Positions 1 to 9,500 of a DNA stretch of 64,000 bases are shown piece by piece. Source of the stretch: Pseudomonadota bacterium (GTDB lineage Bacteria; Bdellovibrionota_B; Oligoflexia; Oligoflexales; RGVZ01); NCBI GenBank assembly GCA_041178085.1, contig JBEGVZ010000114.1, positions 265 to 64,264 on the forward strand, read 5' to 3'. The position numbers were made by a program, and so were the translations under genes. How positions within the stretch are numbered: the first letter of the stretch is position 1; every line of letters begins with the position of its first letter. The notes beneath the pieces were generated by a model. That model made no database searches. It saw only the letters and a program-made list of their open reading frames with translations, and had not been told where the DNA came from.

Positions 1-30
1 GCGACCGGATATGAGCTGGCCATCAGCAAC

Positions 31-62
31 CAAACAAGAAAGGGGGCCTGAAACCGGCCCCC
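31..62 (-). terminator. Rho-independent terminator after the DUF3015 gene
   Basis: GGGGGCC-tgaaacc-GGCCCCC hairpin at 42-62. On the minus strand it is followed by TTTCTTGTTT (plus 31-41). It lies just past the stop of CDS 119-685. Confidence 0.6.
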
Positions 63-118
63 TTTCCCCATGCCATCAGTCAGAAAACAACGGTCAAGAA
101 ACAGACGAAGCAAGGAAA

Positions 119-685
119 TCAGGCCCGGTCGCAGTTGCTTGCGACATTCTCATTGGCCTTGATCTCTTCACGCAGCGTGCTGAGAACCATTTTGGAGTCG
201 TTGGAATTGAAGATCGACTCGTGCTTGTCCTTGCACAGCTGGCGCAGGGCCTCGGTGCCTTCTTCGCTGCAGCCAAGAACTTCTGCGAGAGCATCCATGC
301 GCTCACCGGATCCTTGCGCAGCTTCCTTGGTAATGGTGTTCAAGTTAGCAGCAATGAATACTTCCTGCTCGACTTGGGCGACTTCGCGGGGTGCTTCGCT
401 ACAGTTGGACGTACCAGAAGTAATTGCCGAAGTCTGCGGCACGATCCAGTTATTCAAAACGAAAGCACCGATCTGGGGCAGCATTTCGTTGCGGTCGATC
501 ACCATGGCACCGATGCCACATCCAGCCATGCCGTATGCAGGCAGTGCGTCTGAGCTGCCACTCGCTTCCTCAGCAGCAGGGGCTGCTGCTTTCTTGGGCG
601 CACCTTTTTTGGCAGCGGGTGGTGCGGAAAAAGCGACCGGAGCGACAAGAACAAAACTGGTAACTGCAAGAATCTTTCTCAACAT
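119..685 (-). CDS. DUF3015-family secreted protein
   Basis: Signal peptide MLRKILAVTSFVLVAPVAFSA. Contains YGMAGCGIG and TSGTSNC motifs typical of DUF3015. AGGAAA Shine-Dalgarno upstream of the ATG. Confidence 0.85.
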   Translation of the reverse strand: MLRKILAVTSFVLVAPVAFSAPPAAKKGAPKKAAAPAAEEASGSSDALPAYGMAGCGIGAMVIDRNEMLPQIGAFVLNNWIVPQTSAITSGTSNCSEAPREVAQVEQEVFIAANLNTITKEAAQGSGERMDALAEVLGCSEEGTEALRQLCKDKHESIFNSNDSKMVLSTLREEIKANENVASNCDRA

Positions 686-739
686 ATCAAGTTTCCTTTT
701 TTTAAATTGGTGGTAACTCGGGCGATCTCACGCCCCGGA

Positions 740-1234
740 TCACATGACCAGGCGGTTGCAACCTTTTGCGGTCTCGCTATTGCCTTGCAGGGCTTCCGTT
801 GCAGCGTCGCGAATTTTCTCGACACCCGGATTGGCAAAGATTGCATCGTGGTTATCAGAGAGAACCTGAACCGCGATGTCCTTGGAAGCGCCTTCGCAAC
901 CGAAAGTCTCGCCAAGGGCTGCAACCGTCTCACCGCCGCCCTGGGACATTTCTTTTTCGATCACGAGCAGGTTCGCCGTCAGGAACTGTTCCTGCTCGAT
1001 CATGGCGGTCGTCACTTTGTCAGGTTTGCAGTTGGAGGTACCTGAGGTGATGCCGAAAATCTGGGAATAGGCCGTGGAGTTGGTCGTTGCAGCCGAAAGC
1101 TGGCTTCCGCGCTTGCCCATCACAATGGAGCCGAGTCCGCAACCTGCCATGCCGTACTTACGCGCAGCAAACGCGCTGCTCGACGCTGCAAGAACACCTG
1201 CTGCAATCAAAACCGGAAACAACTTCCTGACCAT
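740..1234 (-). CDS. DUF3015-family secreted protein (tandem paralog)
   Basis: Start moved to MVRKLFPVLIAAGVLAASSSAFA (ATG at 1234, preceded by AAGGGAG). Shares the YGMAGCGLGS, TSGTSNC and EQEQF motifs with the 119-685 product. Confidence 0.85.
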   Translation of the reverse strand: MVRKLFPVLIAAGVLAASSSAFAARKYGMAGCGLGSIVMGKRGSQLSAATTNSTAYSQIFGITSGTSNCKPDKVTTAMIEQEQFLTANLLVIEKEMSQGGGETVAALGETFGCEGASKDIAVQVLSDNHDAIFANPGVEKIRDAATEALQGNSETAKGCNRLVM

Positions 1235-1333
1235 GATGACTCCCTTGCGAAGATGGACGATATGGAAATATTGTAATGGTACCACGGGGATGGCAAAAGC
1301 AAATAGCTCGCAGGATCAAGGGGAACTAACGTC

Positions 1334-1531
1334 ATGAAAACCGCAATTTTGGCAATCTTATTCGGGGCACTGCTGACTTCTTGCACAGGCAGGACACCAG
1401 ACGGCAAACCATGCCGTAAGAATTTTCCGGCCCTTCTGCCATCAACCAGCACGAACATGTCCGGGACTTGCCCGCAGTCTACTGCATACCTGACCAAGCC
1501 GGATGCAGCAGAAGCCACCAAGGCTCCCTAA
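1334..1531 (+). CDS. Small putative lipoprotein
   Basis: 65 aa ORF. N-terminus MKTAILAILFGALLTSC looks like a signal peptide with a lipobox. No recognisable family. Confidence 0.4.
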   Translation: MKTAILAILFGALLTSCTGRTPDGKPCRKNFPALLPSTSTNMSGTCPQSTAYLTKPDAAEATKAP

Positions 1532-1543
1532 GCCAGGGGACCG

Positions 1544-3040
1544 GTGTCGATGATTGATTCCCTCGACAGACCGTCGGCATTTGAGCCCGCCAACACGGCA
1601 AGGCTCATGGACATGCTTGCGCGTGAGCTTGAGGGCTACTTTCAAGCCTGTCAGTCAAGTGGCGGGCGGACTTTGCCTGGATCAAACCCGGACCAACTCG
1701 TCGCTTTAGCAAGATCGACGCTCACCGATGGTTCCGACAGGTACTCCGGCGAACACTTTCGTCAACTCGCAGCCACTGTGTTGGCGCATTCCCATCGCTT
1801 GCACGATCCGCGTTACATGGGCCATCAGGTGCCTCCGGCACTGCCGGCAGCGGCATTGTTTGACCTGCTTGGGCGCGCGGCAAACCAGGGTGCCGCCGTG
1901 TTCGAAATGGCGCCTTTTGGCACTGCGGCAGAAAAGGCGGTGATTCAGGAACTGGGGGCCCTCATCGGATGGCAACCCGGGAACTTTGCCGGTATCGGTA
2001 CCCACGGGGGAACCCTCGCCAACGTCACGGCGCTGCTGGCTGCGCGAAACTTGCGTTACCAGAATGTCTGGCAGGAAGGCATGACAAGTGCCGACACCAA
2101 GCCAGCCATATTAACCAGCGCGGACAGCCATTACTGCATCGCAAGGGCGTGTGGAATCCTGGGCATCGGAACGTCCCAGCTGCTCAAGGTGCCGGTCGAT
2201 GGAAAACGTCGCATGAACATCGCAGAGGCACGACGCACCATTCAACGTGCGCGTGACAACGGAATGGATCCGTTTGCCATCGTTGGATCGGCTTGCACGA
2301 CGCCCACGGGCTCATTCGACGATCTGGCAGGAATCGGCGAACTTGCGCGGGAGGCAGGTCTTTGGTTTCATGTCGATGGGGCCCACGGGGCAAGCTTCCT
2401 GTTTTCACAAAAGCACAGACACCTTCTGAACGGGATTGAACAAGCCGACAGTGTGGCCTGGGATGCTCACAAGATGCTGTTTGTCCCTGCCCTTTGCACT
2501 TATTTGATCTACAAAAAGCGCGAACATAGCTGGGCGCCCTTCGCTCAGGACGCCCCCTACCTGTTCGACCCGGCGGATCCTTCCGGAATGGCCGAGTATG
2601 ACGGGGGCTTGAGGACGTTCGAGTGCACCAAGGGTGCGATCTCACTCGGACTGTGGGGCATCTGGAGCCTTTATGGGCGCGACTTTATCACTTCGCTGAT
2701 CGACGGTGTTACCGAACGCACAAAACGCTTCCACCAAATGATCACCGATGCCCCTGATTTTGAGGCAGCCCATGCCCCCCAGTGCAATATCCTTTGCTTC
2801 CGCTACGTTCCGCGGGGACAGGAACACGGCGTCGAGGCCATGTCGGCGCTTCAGCAAAAGATCAGGGCGCGCCTGCTTCGTGATGGAAAATGGTACATCA
2901 CGGGAACCCGCATTGACGGAACCTACTGGCTACGGGTAACGATCATCAATCCTCTGACAGGGGAAAAACATCTCGCGGGCTTGCTGGATGCCATCCGGGA
3001 ATGCATGCTGGCGGCTGCCGAAGGGGAGGGTGCTAAATGA
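1544..3040 (+). CDS. PLP-dependent group II decarboxylase (diaminobutyrate/glutamate/aromatic amino acid decarboxylase family)
   Basis: 498 aa. Motifs GTHGGTLANV, HVDGAHG and the PLP-lysine context WDAHKMLFVP. The start could be GTG 1544 or ATG 1550. Confidence 0.85.
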   Translation: MSMIDSLDRPSAFEPANTARLMDMLARELEGYFQACQSSGGRTLPGSNPDQLVALARSTLTDGSDRYSGEHFRQLAATVLAHSHRLHDPRYMGHQVPPALPAAALFDLLGRAANQGAAVFEMAPFGTAAEKAVIQELGALIGWQPGNFAGIGTHGGTLANVTALLAARNLRYQNVWQEGMTSADTKPAILTSADSHYCIARACGILGIGTSQLLKVPVDGKRRMNIAEARRTIQRARDNGMDPFAIVGSACTTPTGSFDDLAGIGELAREAGLWFHVDGAHGASFLFSQKHRHLLNGIEQADSVAWDAHKMLFVPALCTYLIYKKREHSWAPFAQDAPYLFDPADPSGMAEYDGGLRTFECTKGAISLGLWGIWSLYGRDFITSLIDGVTERTKRFHQMITDAPDFEAAHAPQCNILCFRYVPRGQEHGVEAMSALQQKIRARLLRDGKWYITGTRIDGTYWLRVTIINPLTGEKHLAGLLDAIRECMLAAAEGEGAK

Positions 3041-3357
3041 AAGACTGGACACCGGAAGAGCTGCAAAAACATCTTGAGCAAGGGGATACGATTTTCCTCA
3101 AGCTGTGGAAGAAAGGCTGCGGTGCGTGCAAGTTGTCCATCCCGGCAATCGAGCGCATCGAGGCCGAGTTTGACAGTGGGCTTGTGTTTGGCCAGATCTC
3201 AACCGACGATCATCCAGGCATGCTTGAAGCATCGGGAACCGAGGTTCTGCCTGCGTTTTTTATATTCAAGAACCGCCGCGAAGCGGGTCGGGTCACAGGC
3301 TTCAAGGGACTGGAAAAATTACGCAGCTTTGTCTCTGAATCACTTGCGGGTTCTTAA
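3037..3357 (+). CDS. Thioredoxin-fold protein (CGAC active site)
   Basis: 106 aa with WKKGCGAC redox motif and thioredoxin-like length. ATGA overlap with the decarboxylase stop. Confidence 0.8.
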   Translation: MKDWTPEELQKHLEQGDTIFLKLWKKGCGACKLSIPAIERIEAEFDSGLVFGQISTDDHPGMLEASGTEVLPAFFIFKNRREAGRVTGFKGLEKLRSFVSESLAGS

Positions 3358-4263
3358 GGGTATTTTCAGGAAGGTGCGCCCCTTCGCATCTGACGGAGGC
3401 ATCACACCGCCATTGATATTCACCTGAACGCTGGGATGAATCAGGCGCGGCGCACTTAATGTCTTGTCCCTTGCACGACGAAACTCGATGTATTTCTCTC
3501 GCGTGGTCCCTTCCTTGATCTGGATGTTAAACTGTTTGGCTTCGGCGACTGTTGTTTCCCAGCGAAGATCGCGGCCGCCGGGCTGGTAATCATGTGCCAC
3601 AAAAAGGCGCGTGGCATCTGGAAGACGGTAAATCTTTTCCACGATTGACTCGTACATGTCATCCGCACTGCCGCCCGGAAAGTCACAGCGTCCTGTGCCG
3701 CTGTCCGGCATGAACATGGAGTCGCCTGTGAACGCCACGACACCACCGTTCAGCACCCACGTCGAACAAGCAGGTGTGTGCCCGGGAGTATTCACGCATT
3801 TGAATTCCATGGTCCCTACCTTCAGGGTCTCGCCGTCCTTCACAAGGCGGTCAAACTGGTGTCCATCGGCCTTGAACCAATCTTCAAAGCCATAAACCTC
3901 GCGGAAAATCTGCTGGACCTCGCGAATCCGGTCACCGATGGTCAGCTTGGCCATCGGGAAAAATCTCTTCAAGACCTGCGCAGCAGAAAGATGATCGGCG
4001 TGGGCATGGGTCTCAAGCAGCATCTGCACGTTCAGATTTTTTTTCTTCACATGATCAACGATCAAGCTGACGGAAGCCTCTGAACAGCTGCCTGAAGCCG
4101 GGTCGTAATCCAAAACCGGATCGATGATCACTGCATCAAGGGTACGTTCGTCAAAAACGACGTAAGAGAGGGTGCATGTTTCCTTCTCAAAAAAAATCGA
4201 AGTATGGATGTCATCAGAAATCTGGGTCGTCGCAACGTGTCCAGTGATAGCAGCGGCTGGCAT
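3340..4263 (-). CDS. MBL-fold metallo-hydrolase (persulfide dioxygenase / glyoxalase II-like)
   Basis: THAHADH metal motif, TPGHTP, a later HDY, and a C-terminal extension seen in ETHE1/Blh-like proteins. Confidence 0.85.
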   Translation of the reverse strand: MPAAAITGHVATTQISDDIHTSIFFEKETCTLSYVVFDERTLDAVIIDPVLDYDPASGSCSEASVSLIVDHVKKKNLNVQMLLETHAHADHLSAAQVLKRFFPMAKLTIGDRIREVQQIFREVYGFEDWFKADGHQFDRLVKDGETLKVGTMEFKCVNTPGHTPACSTWVLNGGVVAFTGDSMFMPDSGTGRCDFPGGSADDMYESIVEKIYRLPDATRLFVAHDYQPGGRDLRWETTVAEAKQFNIQIKEGTTREKYIEFRRARDKTLSAPRLIHPSVQVNINGGVMPPSDAKGRTFLKIPLRTRK

Positions 4264-4338
4264 CTATCATGTCTCCCCTCAAAGGTTAGACAAAGGTTAA
4301 CATGCCTTCCATGCCTGCTAAAAGTGTCGCATGCGGGA

Positions 4339-4656
4339 TCAATTCGCGCGGCAAATTCCCTTGGCGCAATAAATCTGGAAGCGGTTTGTGGCACAACCCT
4401 CGCAGGCAATGACACACTTTGCGTCTGCGCGCAGCTTGTTATCCAGGGCAAGAAAATCTGCAGCGAATTTCTTGTTAATCACAAAGGGAGTGGCGCAACT
4501 CCGGCAGGCATCACCTGCAATCACACAATCCGAATCCACGTTGCAACGAGACCACTTTGCCGGCGTTTTGACCGCAGGCAGGCAACCACGCTCCGGTGCA
4601 GGTGAGGCACCGGAGGCGGCCAGAGCTGAAAGGACAATGATAAGAACCTTGATCAA
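4339..4656 (-). CDS. Small secreted Cys-rich protein (12 Cys), unknown family
   Basis: 105 aa. Signal peptide IKVLIIVLSALAASGA. TTG start overlaps the stop of the upstream C1 peptidase (TTGA). No visible Shine-Dalgarno. Confidence 0.55.
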   Translation of the reverse strand: MIKVLIIVLSALAASGASPAPERGCLPAVKTPAKWSRCNVDSDCVIAGDACRSCATPFVINKKFAADFLALDNKLRADAKCVIACEGCATNRFQIYCAKGICRAN

Positions 4657-6020
4657 CGCAGAACCGACAAAGCTTTGATGGCAAAGTTTGCCGTCGGATC
4701 AGCCGTCGTCAAGTCGACCCACTTGCCGGCTGCCAGGTATCGGCTTTCGCCGGGTGACGCCTTAGACTTGACGATGGTTTTTGTCTTCGGGCCGCAAAGC
4801 AGCACTGGAACATTCGATGTCCGGTCAAAAGCATGACCGCCTTTGGAAAGCTCGACGCTCACGTGAAAAGACTCGCCCGGCTCCAGGGCAACTTCATTTG
4901 GCAAATCAACTGTGTGCAGGCCTTTGTTTGCCTCGTGACCAGCCACCCATGCGACTTCACCGCCCAGCGTTGTCCCATCAAAGACCTTGTAGATGCGCAC
5001 CATGTAGTCGCTGTCGTGTTCTGTTGTATAAAAGCTCACCGCTTTCAGAAACTCTCGCGATGCAAGACCCATCGCGCTGCGCGCGGAAGGTCCTTTTGCA
5101 GTGAAGGAGTTGACGGCATGCAGGACACCCTTTTTGGTGTCACGCCAGCCGTGATAGTCATGGAAATAAATACGGTCGTAGGCAAGGCGCTCGACATCAC
5201 GGAACGACACTGCTCCCATATCAGGATGCCGTCCAGATACCTTGTCTTCGTATGAGATCCAGAAATAGCCGTTTTTGCCCCAGTCGGTCCCCCAGCTGTT
5301 CTTGATCAGCCAGGCGCCTGGCTTAGATGCCTGGGTTGTCTTCGAGTCATCCCACCCAGCGATGGCGACGGCGTGGTTGGCCTCGTCAGTGCTGGAGACC
5401 GGCTGGTAGAAAGTTCCAGCGCTTGAATTGTAGAACTTGGTTGCCCAGGCAAGGGCAGTCCCCACCACACCGTGGTTCCGGACTGCCTCCTTGATCCGGC
5501 GCCTTGCGTCGACCTGGTTTTCTGAAGCCAGCCACTCGACATGGCGCGGATAGTAATAATGGTACCCGGCAACGGATTCGCCTGGCGGGTTGGTGTATGA
5601 CTGCCCGTCAATGTCGCGTACCGCGCCGCCCCGGGACAGGTATGCCGTCGCCACCAGGAAGTCACCGCCCTCGTGAACCGTCAGACCGTTTTTGACCGGA
5701 GAGGTATCAAGATTGAAGTGCAGGTTGAAACCATTCCACCAGTCCAGGTGGTATTCGGCAAGATTCGCTTCCCCCGTTTCCTGCTGGGCGGTCCATTCAC
5801 CACTCAGCAACAAGTTGCTCTCCAGCGCGGCTGCTGTGGCGTGAGTCCAGCAGGTTCCACCACTTTGCCTTTTCACGCTGGAAACAAGGTTACGTCCTTC
5901 AACGTTACGCAGATCAAGCGCGGGCGGAAGATCTTGTGCGAACAGAGACGATGAAATGGCGGTGAATAGGAATGCCATAGCGATACGGACAGTGGTTTTA
6001 ATACTGGCAAGGGGCAGCAT
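4653..6020 (-). CDS. Secreted papain-family (C1) cysteine peptidase with C-terminal extra domain
   Basis: Signal peptide. Catalytic motifs QSGGTCWTHA (Gln/Cys), NHAVAIAGWDD (His) and KNSWGTDWGKNGYFWISY (Asn/Trp). Confidence 0.85.
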   Translation of the reverse strand: MLPLASIKTTVRIAMAFLFTAISSSLFAQDLPPALDLRNVEGRNLVSSVKRQSGGTCWTHATAAALESNLLLSGEWTAQQETGEANLAEYHLDWWNGFNLHFNLDTSPVKNGLTVHEGGDFLVATAYLSRGGAVRDIDGQSYTNPPGESVAGYHYYYPRHVEWLASENQVDARRRIKEAVRNHGVVGTALAWATKFYNSSAGTFYQPVSSTDEANHAVAIAGWDDSKTTQASKPGAWLIKNSWGTDWGKNGYFWISYEDKVSGRHPDMGAVSFRDVERLAYDRIYFHDYHGWRDTKKGVLHAVNSFTAKGPSARSAMGLASREFLKAVSFYTTEHDSDYMVRIYKVFDGTTLGGEVAWVAGHEANKGLHTVDLPNEVALEPGESFHVSVELSKGGHAFDRTSNVPVLLCGPKTKTIVKSKASPGESRYLAAGKWVDLTTADPTANFAIKALSVLR

Positions 6021-6172
6021 GCGATCAATCTCCTGCGAACTTTATTTGTTTGTCCCGTTGGGAAAAAACAACCTGTTGTTCTCAAGATTAGCACAGGAGA
6101 TTGCAAAAACAGGAAAGGCTGGTCTGACGGATTTTGATCTATCAGCCCAGCTTCTGAGTTGGAATCTTTAAA

Positions 6173-7363
6173 TCAGCTTTTTCGGATCAATCGCAAGGAT
6201 CTGGTGGCGATGACGGAGCCACTGGCATCACGGATCAAAACGGTTATCTCCTGACCAGGGGAGGCTGGCCATATCGCCGGTCCGAATATTACGGACTGAT
6301 CACGTCTCTCAGCGAGGGCGATCGCTGTCTCTGGTCCTGTGCACTGGGACTTGCCAGCGCAGATCGATGCGGAGGTACCCTCCAAACGAGTTGAACCCAC
6401 ATAAATTTCTAAGGCATCGCCTGATGTCTTTGACAATAAAACACTGACTGGATTGGTCCCGTTGTCCGGAACGGTCACACTGGAAGGTGCGCAGGGAAAT
6501 TCCTGGACCTGATCCTTACCCCTTAGCTCACTGTCCCAGCCGCCGACAGCAGTGGCAAGGCAGTGAGCCTGGTCCGTCTCGGACAGACCGCAGATATTGG
6601 CGCCACCACCTTTGACAAGTTCCTGCATCCAAGACCTTGTTTTGCTTAAGGTCAAATTTGTGTGGAGCGAGAACTTTTGTCCCTCGGTGGACATGCGCGA
6701 GGCAACGCCAAGCACCTTGCAGTCATGAAAGAGGGGTCCACCGGAATCGCCAGGGGAGACGGCCACATTAGAGGCACTGCTGCCGTAGTTCGATATGATC
6801 GCGTCGTCATCGTCCATGCGGGCGATAGTATTGTAACCCCACCGCTTCGCACCGACTCCCGTGTCCGGCATGTTCTCGGAAGAGTATCCGACCAGAAAAA
6901 CCTTGGCGCCACGCCGGGGGGCCTCCATCTGCAGCGGGAAATAGTTTTTGAAGGTGTTATCAGGGAATACGCCAATAGCAACGTCGTAGCGGTAATTCGT
7001 GTTGATATAACCCGGGTGAACAAAAAGGCTCGTCGAACACGCCCCGACTGAGGGATTGTCTGGATTCGCCAAGTTCTTATTGATGCAGACCTGGTCAGGC
7101 ATGCGGCCCATGGACCCTTCCGGGGTTCCACTGCCCGTGCAGTGAGCTGCATAGAGGAGGGTATTGTGCGATACGGCTGTGCCCGTGCAGTTGCCAAGCC
7201 AGTGCACTGCCGGCACTCGGTTCTTGCTCTGGGCTGTGATGGATGTACCCGAGTCGATTTTCAGATCGCTGCCCTTTGTCGTTAGCATGGGGTGGCAACC
7301 CCACACGGGCAAGATCGTCATCAGCGCAAGAATCCGAACCGCACGATCCAGGGAAAATCCCAT
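6173..7363 (-). CDS. Trypsin-like (S1) serine protease, probable lipoprotein, with C-terminal domain
   Basis: LLYAAHC (His), YDVAIGVF (Asp) and GDSGGPLF (Ser) triad contexts. N-terminal ILPVWGC lipobox-like sequence. Confidence 0.85.
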   Translation of the reverse strand: MGFSLDRAVRILALMTILPVWGCHPMLTTKGSDLKIDSGTSITAQSKNRVPAVHWLGNCTGTAVSHNTLLYAAHCTGSGTPEGSMGRMPDQVCINKNLANPDNPSVGACSTSLFVHPGYINTNYRYDVAIGVFPDNTFKNYFPLQMEAPRRGAKVFLVGYSSENMPDTGVGAKRWGYNTIARMDDDDAIISNYGSSASNVAVSPGDSGGPLFHDCKVLGVASRMSTEGQKFSLHTNLTLSKTRSWMQELVKGGGANICGLSETDQAHCLATAVGGWDSELRGKDQVQEFPCAPSSVTVPDNGTNPVSVLLSKTSGDALEIYVGSTRLEGTSASICAGKSQCTGPETAIALAERRDQSVIFGPAIWPASPGQEITVLIRDASGSVIATRSLRLIRKS

Positions 7364-7458
7364 GGTTCACCCCTTGAGAATAACTGCTCAATGAGCGACC
7401 TTTTCGGAATTTTCCAAGAAAAACTTTAGTGAAACCTGGCGAAGAGAATTTCTGCAAT

Positions 7459-7489
7459 GCTGGCGGCAGGTTACGACCCATCCGCCAGC
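7459..7489 (-). terminator. Possible terminator hairpin after the 7505-8131 gene
   Basis: Perfect 8-bp inverted repeat GCTGGCGG...CCGCCAGC with a 15-nt loop, 16 nt past the stop. The trailing U-tract is weak. Confidence 0.3.
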
Positions 7490-7504
7490 GTTATTGAAGA
7501 ACCG

Positions 7505-8131
7505 TCAAATCGAGACGCCCAGGTAAACCCGCAGCAAGCGAGCAGATGGATCAGGTTTCAAGTCGCCCCTGGTTTTATCTGTCTTGACATCATCTTCGGT
7601 CAGGGAAATTTTCGCCTTGGAAACATAAACTGGCCAATAAACCCCAATCCAGTCGACTCCTGCATGGACGCCGCCCCAGTGCCACTGGCTGCCAATTGAA
7701 AGTTCCGGGCCCATGTCCCAGAAGCTAATTTCATAACGTGTGTCCTTGCCGGTGAATGAGGAAGTCATCAGGTCCAGAAACTTGTTTTCGCCGTAAGTCT
7801 GGCGATGGATCAGCCCCAGGTTGGTGTGGAGCCTCGTAGTCCAGAAATTTCTCGAACGGATTCCGCGCGACAAAGAGTGGCCAAAAAATACGGTGGTTGC
7901 CTCTTCGATGTAGCCTTCGACAACCCAGTCCGGATTGATGTGGTAACCGCCGGATGCAAAGCGTGCGATGCCGTTTGAGTAACCGTACCCTGCGTCAAAG
8001 GTAACCTTGCGGCCAATGCGGGGACTGCTGCTGCCCACGGCGCCTGTTGCCTCATCTGCCGCCCGGGCGGAAAAAGAGACGCTCATTGCGACAAAAATCA
8101 CTGCAAAATTGAATGCTTTCTTACACCACAC
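7505..8131 (-). CDS. Small secreted, probable outer-membrane beta-barrel protein
   Basis: Start moved to GTG 8131, 6 nt after GGGGAGG. Signal peptide KKAFNFAVIFVAMSVSFSARA. Alternating aromatic/Gly-rich strands. No named family recognised. Confidence 0.6.
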   Translation of the reverse strand: MWCKKAFNFAVIFVAMSVSFSARAADEATGAVGSSSPRIGRKVTFDAGYGYSNGIARFASGGYHINPDWVVEGYIEEATTVFFGHSLSRGIRSRNFWTTRLHTNLGLIHRQTYGENKFLDLMTSSFTGKDTRYEISFWDMGPELSIGSQWHWGGVHAGVDWIGVYWPVYVSKAKISLTEDDVKTDKTRGDLKPDPSARLLRVYLGVSI

Positions 8132-8272
8132 GTTACACCTCCCCACAAGAGACGCGGTTGATAGCGCGATCCGATCAAATTTGCCAGCCCTTCTTGGTGG
8201 TTGCACGATCGGGCTCAACATTTTCTCCGATAATCCGACTTTGGTTTGATTTGCCAAACAGGAGGAGCGGAT

Positions 8273-9493
8273 ATGCGCTTGTCGAAAATGGTCTGCTTGG
8301 TTATCGCCCCGCTGGCGATTCTTATGGGGACAGCGGCTTGCAAAGTCGGTACCTCGAAACTGGCTTCAGACGGCACTTCTTGCGACGCGGAAAAACTGCG
8401 CTTGCTTCTCGAGGAGCTGTCAAGGATCCCAGGCGCCACTGGCCCATCCCACGCCATAGCCCTGACCGCTGACTCCGAAGCACAGGGTCTCATAACTTTC
8501 TTCTCAATGGGCGACAGCTCCATCCGGGCCGGACTGGTGGAGGCCATCAACCTGGCCCCTGCTCCTGGCTGGGACACTCCGATGGGTCGGGCCTGTGCTG
8601 CATACTCCATGAAGAAGGCCAGGGAGCGCTGCAATTCATCCCGAAATTGCCCGACAACTGGCTGGTTTGGCTACGGGGACATTGACACAACCAAGGAGCC
8701 CTACACCCAATACCGGTCTGAAGAGAACGCCAATTGTGCCAATGGCATTCGCGGTTACGTTGAGAAACGTTCCGGGAGCAATCCTGGCCAGAACAACGAC
8801 AATGGTTTACCCGGCGGACCGACGCCCGGACAAGGTGCTCTGGATCCTTCCGCCCAGGGGGCGGACCAGCGGCGCGCACGCCTTCAGGCTCAAATCGATG
8901 CCTGCAAGCGCGACATCGAACAGGCCAGCCGAAGAAACCAAGGCGGATCTGGAGCCCAGGTCTCTGAAATCGAATTCCGCGCCAAATGCGAAATGGCAGG
9001 GGGCACCGCGGTAAACCTCGAACCGCCATACACCTGCCAATGCGGCTCGGGTCGCCAGATTGATCCTTATAAGGAGGCGTCTTGCTCAACGGTCGCAGAC
9101 GCCAAGGGTCTGTGTAGCCAGATCACTGGAGCCTCTTGGGACGACCGGGTGGGAGTATGCGTTTGCACGGCCAACCCCGAGTACCGGAGCGCCAACACCT
9201 GGAGCATCCGCAATACACTGGCAAAGCAATGTGCTGAGGCAAATGCCCAGGCTTCGGGAGGAGGAGGCGTCCCGTCGACCAACAATAACGGACAACCCCC
9301 GCAGCCGCCGGTAAAGAGTACGTGTCAGTGCGTCTCCCAGGACGGACAGTGTAACAAGGTTGTAAACGGCCAGGTCGTGGCTTCACTAACGCCATTCATG
9401 AACAACGTCACGGGACAGCAGGAGACCTGCACCCCGGGCGGCGGTGGCGGTTACAACAACCTTTGCAACCAGCCGCAGTTGAAGTGTCCTTGA
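8273..9493 (+). CDS. Cys-rich, low-complexity lipoprotein, unknown family
   Basis: Start at MRLSKMVCLVIAPLAILMGTAAC (lipobox GTAAC). Many Cys, with Gly/Asn/Gln/Pro-rich linkers. Confidence 0.7.
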   Translation: MRLSKMVCLVIAPLAILMGTAACKVGTSKLASDGTSCDAEKLRLLLEELSRIPGATGPSHAIALTADSEAQGLITFFSMGDSSIRAGLVEAINLAPAPGWDTPMGRACAAYSMKKARERCNSSRNCPTTGWFGYGDIDTTKEPYTQYRSEENANCANGIRGYVEKRSGSNPGQNNDNGLPGGPTPGQGALDPSAQGADQRRARLQAQIDACKRDIEQASRRNQGGSGAQVSEIEFRAKCEMAGGTAVNLEPPYTCQCGSGRQIDPYKEASCSTVADAKGLCSQITGASWDDRVGVCVCTANPEYRSANTWSIRNTLAKQCAEANAQASGGGGVPSTNNNGQPPQPPVKSTCQCVSQDGQCNKVVNGQVVASLTPFMNNVTGQQETCTPGGGGGYNNLCNQPQLKCP

Positions 9494-9500
9494 TGGCTGC

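Noticed and set aside
11-716. Plus-strand ORFs of 180-193 aa at the left edge
   Set aside because: They are antisense to the well-supported DUF3015 gene (119-685, minus). Their composition is Arg/Ser/Ala-rich with no motifs. These are typical shadow ORFs in GC-rich DNA.
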